A stretch of 64,000 bases of DNA from Salinisphaeraceae bacterium. GTDB taxonomy: Bacteria; Pseudomonadota; Gammaproteobacteria; Nevskiales; Salinisphaeraceae. The stretch lies in assembly GCA_965216055.1 (NCBI GenBank), contig OZ244134.1, positions 520,781 to 584,780 of the forward strand, read 5' to 3'. Position 1 is the first letter of the stretch, and each line of letters begins with the position of its first letter. The translations under genes and the position numbers were made by a program. Under the pieces are notes generated by a model, which saw nothing but the letters and a program-made list of their open reading frames with translations, was not told the origin of the DNA and made no database searches. Of the stretch, positions 57,216 through 64,000 are shown one piece after another.

Positions 57216-58031
57216 ATGGCGCAGCCCCCGGAATCCCAGACGGTCCGACGACTGGCCGTCGACATGATCCACCCGGGCACCTTCCAGGCCCGCCGCCGCT
57301 TCTCGGAAACGGCGTTAGCGGAACTGGCCCACTCCATTGGCGAATCCGGCGTGGTGCAGCCGGTGGTGGTGCGCACGCGCGGCGACGACAGCTACGAACT
57401 GCTGGCCGGCGAGCGCCGCTGGCGGGCCGCGCAACTGGCCGGCCTGCACGACCTCCCGGCGGTGGTGCGCGACGACCTCACCGATGCCGAAGCCGCCATC
57501 CTGGGGCTGATCGAGAACCTGCAGCGCGAGTCGCTGGGGCCGATGGAAACCGCCCGAGGTCTGGAGAGCCTGTGCCGGGAACACGGCCTCACCCATGACG
57601 GCGCGGCCGACCGCATCGGCAAGTCCCGCGCCTACGTCACCAACTATCTACGCCTGCTCAAGCTGGAAACCAGCGTTCAGACAGCCATCGACGACGGCGA
57701 ACTGACGTTGGGTCACGCCAAGATCCTGGCCGGCATCCCCCCGGCGGAACAGCCGGTGTTCGCCCGCCATGCGGTCCGCCGGCGGCTGTCGGTACGGGCA
57801 CTGGAAACCGCTTGGCGCCGCTCGCAGGCCCGCGACGACCAGCAGGTGGCCGGGGATGCCGGGGCCAGCCGCGAGATGGCCGAGCTGGAGCGGGCCCTGT
57901 CCGAGCATCTGGGCAACGCCGTGCACATCCGCTACGACCCCGACCGCCGCAAGGGCGAGGTGCGGGTGACGTTTCACGATCTGGATGAATTCGACGGCCT
58001 GCTGCAGCGCTGGGGGTTCAGCAAGAACTGA
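57216..58031 (+). CDS. ParB/Spo0J-family CTPase DNA-binding protein (no adjacent parA)
   Basis: QARRRF, GVVQPVVVR, AGERRWRAAQLAG, IENLQRESL and HTH GKSRAYVTNYLRLL, GHA. Confidence 0.9.
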   Translation: MAQPPESQTVRRLAVDMIHPGTFQARRRFSETALAELAHSIGESGVVQPVVVRTRGDDSYELLAGERRWRAAQLAGLHDLPAVVRDDLTDAEAAILGLIENLQRESLGPMETARGLESLCREHGLTHDGAADRIGKSRAYVTNYLRLLKLETSVQTAIDDGELTLGHAKILAGIPPAEQPVFARHAVRRRLSVRALETAWRRSQARDDQQVAGDAGASREMAELERALSEHLGNAVHIRYDPDRRKGEVRVTFHDLDEFDGLLQRWGFSKN

Positions 58032-58143
58032 CCCGGACACCGTAAGCACTCATTCACAGTACAGATTACCGTAGGTCATTTTTTGACGCTATTATCATCC
58101 ATCCATAAGGCATTGCTTATGATCTGCAGTGGCATAAAAATAG

Positions 58144-59514
58144 ATGCGCAAAGCCAAGTATTATTCCGTTACAGTCAAGCTCCCTTCTGGAAAGCATGCG
58201 GCTGTGTTTGGCCACCTCGGCGAGCCCTGTCCCACGCTGACAGAATTCGCCCGAATCAGTCAGCGCCACGTCACTCTAAGCTCCAGCAAGGTCTATCTCG
58301 CACACCTTCTCCGCTTCGCTAACTGGCTAGTAGAGTCAGAGAACCTCGACGTCGGCGCCTTAAGACCCTTACCAAAACAGCGTCTTCGACAATTAGTTGA
58401 AAATTTCTTGCGGGAAAGCTTTAGCTGCCGCATCCGGGATGGCCTTGGTGGCCGCAAGCTCGTGGTTTCGAGGGCATCCAACCAATCTGGCGTATCCACC
58501 GCTCTCGCCGCATTAAAACTGTTTTTCCGCTTGGGCTATAAGCAGGCGTGGGTTAGGTCAGACAACCCCCTCGGCCTAGTCACCATCGGGAACGATCAAA
58601 AAACAGCGATCTCCGACTACGAATGCATCCCTTCTTCAAAGGGAAGCATGCCCCAAAAGAGTGGCGTGGTGCCGCCACCGGTGAAACGACACACACTCAC
58701 TGCCTCGTACTTGGTAGTTCAGGGCAAAGACTGGGTTCCGCAGATACTCGATGATGATGACTTTCCGTCTCGGATTTACTCTGCGGGCGAATCCTATGGG
58801 TGGAACTTGCGGGACCGACTGGTTACCCGTTTGCTGTTCGAAAGCGGCGCCCGAGTATCGGAAATTTGCTCACTCACGATAAGTGACTGGTCAATATCCG
58901 AATATCGGACTGAAGCCAGTTGCAAGAACAAAGGCTCTGGCAATGTTCGGGATAAGTGGATCCGCTTTAGCCATCAGACAGAGCGACTAATGACTAAATA
59001 CATAAAGCAGGAACGCGCCTCGCTCTGCAATCAGGATGGCAGCCACCACTATAAGTTTTTAAAAACACTACCCTCTGAAGTTGCAAGAACAACACCGATA
59101 TTTATAACTCGGCAAAAATCCGGATTAACGGCGGATACATATCGATCAACAACATGGTATCCCCTATGCCGCCATGCCGGCATCAAAGCACGAGTGCATC
59201 AAATCCGACATTGGTACGTTACTCGAGCAATCAATTTAATCTATCGAAGCAAGCTGAGCGAAACCGAAAGAGAAAGAAGGATTCAGCATTTAATTAGCTA
59301 TATGGGCTGGCGTTCCGGCAAGAAAACCATGGAAGCGTATGAGCATTTTTTCAATGCAAGAGAGCATCATGAGTTGCAGGATGAATTGCATCGTGTGTTG
59401 AACGCCGTCCACTCAAGACCTGTTGAAGCACAAATTGGGAAGCCATCAAATACGACTGCGGGACTTCATTCCGACACTGAATGGGATTATCTAATGAAGC
59501 TAGCGGGTGAATAG
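58144..59514 (+). CDS. Tyrosine recombinase, TnpA-like
   Basis: FESGARVSEICSL, HQIRHWYVT and YMGWRS...MEAY. Confidence 0.88.
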   Translation: MRKAKYYSVTVKLPSGKHAAVFGHLGEPCPTLTEFARISQRHVTLSSSKVYLAHLLRFANWLVESENLDVGALRPLPKQRLRQLVENFLRESFSCRIRDGLGGRKLVVSRASNQSGVSTALAALKLFFRLGYKQAWVRSDNPLGLVTIGNDQKTAISDYECIPSSKGSMPQKSGVVPPPVKRHTLTASYLVVQGKDWVPQILDDDDFPSRIYSAGESYGWNLRDRLVTRLLFESGARVSEICSLTISDWSISEYRTEASCKNKGSGNVRDKWIRFSHQTERLMTKYIKQERASLCNQDGSHHYKFLKTLPSEVARTTPIFITRQKSGLTADTYRSTTWYPLCRHAGIKARVHQIRHWYVTRAINLIYRSKLSETERERRIQHLISYMGWRSGKKTMEAYEHFFNAREHHELQDELHRVLNAVHSRPVEAQIGKPSNTTAGLHSDTEWDYLMKLAGE

Positions 59515-61699
59515 ACCCATGACAACACCCTTCACCCTTAGCGCGAAAAGAAATAATTACGACCTTGCCGACATGAACGGGCTATCTCCTTATATCTTTG
59601 AAGCGCCACAAACCGCTTTCGATTTAAGTCGCAGTAAGAAGTTACCGGGCCTTCACGCGAAGTCGATCACTTACTTGATCAAGCACATCAACGAGCAGCC
59701 CTGGGCGGACGCCTTGACGCTATGGGCACTGATTGTTTCCGCTCAGAACGTAGCACCCAGTAGTACCTACTCCACCCTTGGGCTGCTCAGCAAGCGTTTC
59801 CGGCTTTTTTTTGGTCACTCCCGATACTTGCCGCGACGGCTGACGTCTATGACAGATTTTCAGCCGGACGAGGTGCTTCCCGCATACGCGAGCGGATTGA
59901 TCGGGCGGGACTCCGCCCGAACACGAACCGACTTTCTTTGGCGTTATCAAGCCGCCGCAACGAAAATGCACCGCTGGCATCAAGCTTTACCCTTCCACCT
60001 GAAACCCAATTACAGGCCGCTTTTACTACCTCTCGCCAACCTAACCTCTACCAAAATTTATTTAACTCAAAATAATCTAGACGCACATACAAGGCAGAAG
60101 CGCCGAGAGCACGTCGACGTTGTAATGCCTACATACTCAGAATTGAGGGCAGCAGCGTACCAGCGAACCAATGAGTTACAGCGCCTGCTGGGCATCTATC
60201 GCGACAACATTCATCTAGCAGAGAAATCTTTTTATAATTTCCCACCTTCTGTCGCATACGAAGAGCATGGCCGAACTATTCAATTACGCTTTTGGACGTG
60301 GCCGGCTTTCGTAATAAGACATAGCAATAAGTTCTCGGAAAAGATTCTTGATTTAGCTTGGGCGGCAGCTGCGGACAACGAATATGGGCAGCCGTTCGTC
60401 GAGGTATTACGTGACGAAGATCAGGCCGAGCCACCATTCTGGTTTTACGAACTCGCCGAAGCGGGATTGATCGGAGCTTCCAGAAACCCCAATTCAAATG
60501 CGGCCCGCAACCTTCTAAGAGATTGGGGCTATCCGGAGACGGCATTCACCACCACTCATAAGGGCCTCCTTTGCTTGAACAAGCCGACGCTACCCCAAGG
60601 AATAGCTGCCTCACGGCTAGCCAAGGCTGCCGACGGAGTATTGCTTGACCCGGAGAGTATGTATTTGAGCGCGCTCTTTGGGTTGTTAGCGCTAAATGTT
60701 GTCACGACCACAGGCGCGCGAATGTCGGAAGTTTTACAGGTAGCATTGGATCGAGACAGTCTTGTTCGGCTCAACTTTCGGGCGCCTACTGGCAAAAAAG
60801 GCACTACGAAAAAAGAGCGGTACATTCTACGTGTAACGCCCAAAGGCGCTAAGTCAGACGAGAAAGCCGATTACTTCATAGGGGACGATACAAAAAAATT
60901 GCTATACCGCGTTGCGAGAGCTTTAGCAGAAAATTATGAACTCCCAGCAGGGCAACCGTTGCCCGTAGTCCCTTTCTCAACATATTCCAGTCGATTTTCA
61001 GATTTTCTTCCAAGGCGCTATGTTTTCCAGCTACACGGCAGGCACTTGTCGCCGAGCACACTTCAATCTTGCTTGCGATTTATAACTCATGGATGCAGCG
61101 GCCGAGCCGTAGACGGCAGCGCAGTCAACATAACCGCCCACCTGCTTCGCCACGTTTTCGCGACTCATGCTGTACAGGTAGCTAAAATGCCTGTAGATGT
61201 CGTCGCGGAGCTACTCCACCAAAAAAATGTGGATGTGACCAAGTACTATTCAGGGCCCACGCGCTCGATGGTCGCGCAATCTGCCGACGAGTACTTGTCC
61301 AGTGTCGCCCTTGATCTGGATGTCGAAGAGAAGCTAACTCGCTCACCCGCTGAGCTTCAGGAATTGTATCAAGAAGCCCAGGGTAAAGCAGGCACCCTCA
61401 GCGAGGTCATCGGGGGAGTCTGTGTGAGCCACGGCTACTGCCAAACAAAGTTCGAGTGCATTGGTTGCGCAGGCAAAGTCCCCGACCCCACGAAGCGCTC
61501 GCAAGTCATTAGAAAACTGGACTGGGCAAAGGGTGAGGTCGGCTATGCTACCAACGAAGGCCTATTGCCGGAGGCAGCACGGATGCGACGCCTAGTAGAA
61601 GACTGCAAGCTAGAATTACGAGAGATGGATCTGATGGAGGAATGCGAATCGGATGAGAAAAATGAGCAACCTTCCATTAGCATCGATTATCGAACATGA
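59507..61699 (+). CDS. Large tyrosine recombinase, TnpB(Tn554)-like
   Basis: TTGARMSEV, AHLLRHVFAT, LLHQKNVDVTKYY and a C-terminal C..H..C...F.CIGC motif. Confidence 0.88.
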   Translation: MNRPMTTPFTLSAKRNNYDLADMNGLSPYIFEAPQTAFDLSRSKKLPGLHAKSITYLIKHINEQPWADALTLWALIVSAQNVAPSSTYSTLGLLSKRFRLFFGHSRYLPRRLTSMTDFQPDEVLPAYASGLIGRDSARTRTDFLWRYQAAATKMHRWHQALPFHLKPNYRPLLLPLANLTSTKIYLTQNNLDAHTRQKRREHVDVVMPTYSELRAAAYQRTNELQRLLGIYRDNIHLAEKSFYNFPPSVAYEEHGRTIQLRFWTWPAFVIRHSNKFSEKILDLAWAAAADNEYGQPFVEVLRDEDQAEPPFWFYELAEAGLIGASRNPNSNAARNLLRDWGYPETAFTTTHKGLLCLNKPTLPQGIAASRLAKAADGVLLDPESMYLSALFGLLALNVVTTTGARMSEVLQVALDRDSLVRLNFRAPTGKKGTTKKERYILRVTPKGAKSDEKADYFIGDDTKKLLYRVARALAENYELPAGQPLPVVPFSTYSSRFSDFLPRRYVFQLHGRHLSPSTLQSCLRFITHGCSGRAVDGSAVNITAHLLRHVFATHAVQVAKMPVDVVAELLHQKNVDVTKYYSGPTRSMVAQSADEYLSSVALDLDVEEKLTRSPAELQELYQEAQGKAGTLSEVIGGVCVSHGYCQTKFECIGCAGKVPDPTKRSQVIRKLDWAKGEVGYATNEGLLPEAARMRRLVEDCKLELREMDLMEECESDEKNEQPSISIDYRT

Positions 61700-62169
61700 A
61701 AGCCAGCAATACACAACAAAAGCCCTGGCTCACACCGATTTACCAGGCAAAGCGCGAGCGGACGGTTAGATTGGTCCGGCTCGCCATAGAGGAATTACAA
61801 AAGAAAAAACAACGCGTCACCCTGGCTGCGATCTGCTCGACATCAAAACATTTAGACAGTGAGCATAAAGGGATTAGTCAGTCAGCGATCATTACCAATG
61901 AAGATGCGCGACGTCTATTCGATCAAGCGAAGCACATTGGCCGCGTAAACAATCGTCGAGCGCGTAAAAGTGTATCTCGATCGAATCTGGCTCGCTTAGC
62001 AGTTGGACGAGATACCCCTGCCGCAAGGAGGCGGCTATTACGTCTGACGAAGAATGAGCTTGTGGATCGTTTAACGTTTATCGAATTAGAATATGCCGAT
62101 TTACATGATCGCTACGCTCGACTAAGCCTAGGCTTGGTTGGAGAGCCAACACTTAGCGAAGACGGGTAG
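61696..62169 (+). CDS. Small basic protein, TnpC-like
   Basis: YQAKRERTVRLVRLAIEEL...VTLAAI with a C-terminal coiled coil; ATGA overlap with the second recombinase. Confidence 0.65.
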   Translation: MKASNTQQKPWLTPIYQAKRERTVRLVRLAIEELQKKKQRVTLAAICSTSKHLDSEHKGISQSAIITNEDARRLFDQAKHIGRVNNRRARKSVSRSNLARLAVGRDTPAARRRLLRLTKNELVDRLTFIELEYADLHDRYARLSLGLVGEPTLSEDG

Positions 62170-62339
62170 ATAACGCCCTCCACAGGATCGGGGGACAAAT
62201 TATGGGACAGGCTGTGGATAAATCCCGTCAGGCACAGCCGAGACGCCCCTCCGAGCCTAATTGGTCAGAAAATACACAGCATACTCCTGCCGTTCCTTGT
62301 GGATACGGAAGCCCGCAAGTGCAATCTGCTTATTTGTGA

Positions 62340-62357
62340 ACGCAAATGGATTTGCGT
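62340..62357. promoter_or_regulatory. 18-bp palindrome, candidate operator for the metal-efflux genes
   Basis: ACGCAAAT-GG-ATTTGCGT, 14 bp before the CzcI-like ORF. Confidence 0.35.
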
Positions 62358-62371
62358 AGTCTACCTTCGCA

Positions 62372-62710
62372 ATGACTAGGGCCGTACGCCACTCTCGAAG
62401 CTATTTAAACGCTGTTCACTGGCTGGCAGCGTTCATGCTTGGCGTAAGCGCAATTGCTTGGGCTTGGCATGTGGACATACCGATTGCCACCGATGAAGCC
62501 GCGCAGGTTGCCAACGGCCATGCGCACGAAGATAACGGTGACGTGGTGGATCGCTGCGACCATTGCTGTCACGCCGGGGCCCATCTGGTGGCCTTGGCCC
62601 CCTCATTATTTGACGCCGATTTCGAGTCGACGACAGATCATCGTAGAACGAGCAATCCGGCGCTGACTACGCTCCAGACCGACCCGCCCTTCATACCTCC
62701 CATAGCCTGA
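62372..62710 (+). CDS. Small His/Cys-rich CzcI-like protein
   Basis: Hydrophobic N-terminus, GHAHED and CDHCCHAGAH; upstream of a TolC/CzcC-like gene. Confidence 0.6.
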   Translation: MTRAVRHSRSYLNAVHWLAAFMLGVSAIAWAWHVDIPIATDEAAQVANGHAHEDNGDVVDRCDHCCHAGAHLVALAPSLFDADFESTTDHRRTSNPALTTLQTDPPFIPPIA

Positions 62711-62773
62711 GTCCCTTCGCGTCAATCGCGCGGGCTGATGCCTGCGCGCCTTTCCAAGCGATGAGGACTCGCA

Positions 62774-64000
62774 ATGCGATTTTTCCTGTTGATCGGCGTG
62801 GCCGGACTCTGTCTGCCAGCCGGCGGCCATGCGGCTGAACGCGAACAACTGCCGCAGCCGTTAACCTTGAATCAGGCCCTGTCCTGGGCCGGCCAATACA
62901 ACCCCACTTTGCGCGGTGCTCGCATCGAGCTTCGTCGCAGCGAGGGCGTGCTCGAGCACGCCGACGTGGCGGTGCCTTCCAATCCGCAACTGCAACTTGG
63001 CACAGCCGAGCGCGAAGGGCCCAGCGGCGCCACGTCGACGGACATCGATATCCGCCTATCCCAGACTTTCTGGATTGCAGGCCAGGGCGGTTTACGCGAG
63101 GACGCTGCGAAATCCCGCCTGTCGGGCGCGCAGTCGCGGCTGGATTTTCTCGGCAGCGCGACGTTCGCGCGGGTGCGCGCGGCTTTTTTACAGGCCTTGG
63201 TGGCCGAACGGGCGGTGGCTACCGCCGAGGACGTGCTGCAGGTCAACCGCGATCTGGAAAACTACGCTAAGCGTCGCCTGGAGGCCGGCAAGGCCACACG
63301 GCTGGAAGCCAACACCGCCCGCATCGGGCTGGGCCGCAGCCAAGCCCTGCTCGCGCAGGCCGAGAACCGACAGGCCCAGGCACGTCTGCAGTTGGCTGAG
63401 TTGCTCGCCGTCGACCCCGCAAAGTCGATTTCCCTGCAGGGCCGGCTAAACCCGGCGCCTCTAGAGCTGCCGAGTCAGGCGCAATTGCTGCAACGCGCGA
63501 TTGCCAGACGTGGCGATCTGGCCGCTGCGGCAAGGGAAGTCAGCGCCTCGCAGGAGGAACTCAAGCTCGCGCATCGTCAGATCGTGCCCAACCTCACGGT
63601 GTTCGGCTTTTACGGTGAGGAGGAGACGAACGAGATAACCGGCGGCGGTGTGTCCTTCGAGCTGCCGCTACTGCACCGCTTTGGCGGCGAGCGCAAGCAG
63701 GCCCAGGCGGAGCTGGACGCCGCGCGTCTGGAGCGCGACGTCCTTCAACTGACCGTACGCAGCCAGGTGCTTTCCGCCGTAGCCGACTACGAGGCCGCGC
63801 GCCAGCGGGTCGCTGCACTGTCCGACGAAGTGGTCGATGCCGCCCGGCAGAACTTCGAACTGACTCAGCGTGCCTTCGAAGCCGGCGAACTCGGCGCCCC
63901 GGCCCTGACCGCCGCGCAGGACACACTGATCAACACCCGCCGCGACTATCTCGATGCACTGGAAGCGTTGGTTAACGCCGGCACCGATCTGGAACGTGCC
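62774..64000 (+). CDS. TolC-family outer-membrane efflux protein, CzcC/CusC-like (runs off the right edge)
   Basis: Manual translation MRFFLLIGVAGLCLPAGGHAAEREQLPQPLTLNQALSWAGQYNPTL...SNPQL...IRLSQTFWIAGQGGLR..., and later FEAGELG. Absent from the ORF track because there is no stop in the window. Confidence 0.88.
   Translation, partial: MRFFLLIGVAGLCLPAGGHAAEREQLPQPLTLNQALSWAGQYNPTLRGARIELRRSEGVLEHADVAVPSNPQLQLGTAEREGPSGATSTDIDIRLSQTFWIAGQGGLREDAAKSRLSGAQSRLDFLGSATFARVRAAFLQALVAERAVATAEDVLQVNRDLENYAKRRLEAGKATRLEANTARIGLGRSQALLAQAENRQAQARLQLAELLAVDPAKSISLQGRLNPAPLELPSQAQLLQRAIARRGDLAAAAREVSASQEELKLAHRQIVPNLTVFGFYGEEETNEITGGGVSFELPLLHRFGGERKQAQAELDAARLERDVLQLTVRSQVLSAVADYEAARQRVAALSDEVVDAARQNFELTQRAFEAGELGAPALTAAQDTLINTRRDYLDALEALVNAGTDLERA

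Larger units (their letters stand above)
58032..62180 (+). mobile_element. Low-GC Tn554-like tnpA-tnpB-tnpC module (boundaries approximate)
   Basis: Abrupt GC drop after the parB stop. Two tyrosine recombinases plus a small basic protein with overlapping stop/start codons. Confidence 0.75.

Noticed and set aside
62170-62370. Chromosomal oriC
   Set aside because: Only one perfect and one near-perfect DnaA box, no clear AT-rich unwinding repeats, and no dnaA/gidA context.
1-64000. CRISPR array or cas genes; xoxF/exaF/mxaF or lanmodulin
   Set aside because: No regularly spaced direct repeats, no cas-like ORFs, and no PQQ beta-propeller dehydrogenase or EF-hand lanmodulin found in the window.

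Overview
GC-rich gammaproteobacterial chromosomal window with many acidic proteins, which suggests a marine or halophilic host (inference). Most of it is housekeeping: uup, deaD, tRNA-Phe, yggX-mutY-asmA, thiS-thiG-trmB, ampD-ampE, trmL, plsB, mlaA. Five accessory or unusual loci stand out. (1) The most interesting is a compact candidate lanthanide sensing/uptake cassette at 46.2-51.3 kb: a LuxR-type regulator, a MoxY/MxcQ/PedS2-like kinase, a LutH-like TonB-dependent receptor and a highly acidic double-PepSY (lanpepsy-like) protein. No PQQ dehydrogenase lies in the window. (2) A mevalonate cluster lacking only the thiolase, with an HMG-CoA reductase-mevalonate kinase fusion (22.9-29.6 kb). 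(3) A low-GC Tn554-like tnpA-tnpB-tnpC module next to an orphan parB and followed by metal-efflux genes (58-64 kb). (4) A small islet 3' of tRNA-Phe carrying a GGDQF-EAL signalling protein. (5) Several non-coding mobile or repetitive elements, including a 487-bp MITE with a CTAG target duplication, GTAG-type REPs and hairpins with GGA loops. All functional assignments come from motif reading and recollection of protein families; no database searches were run.
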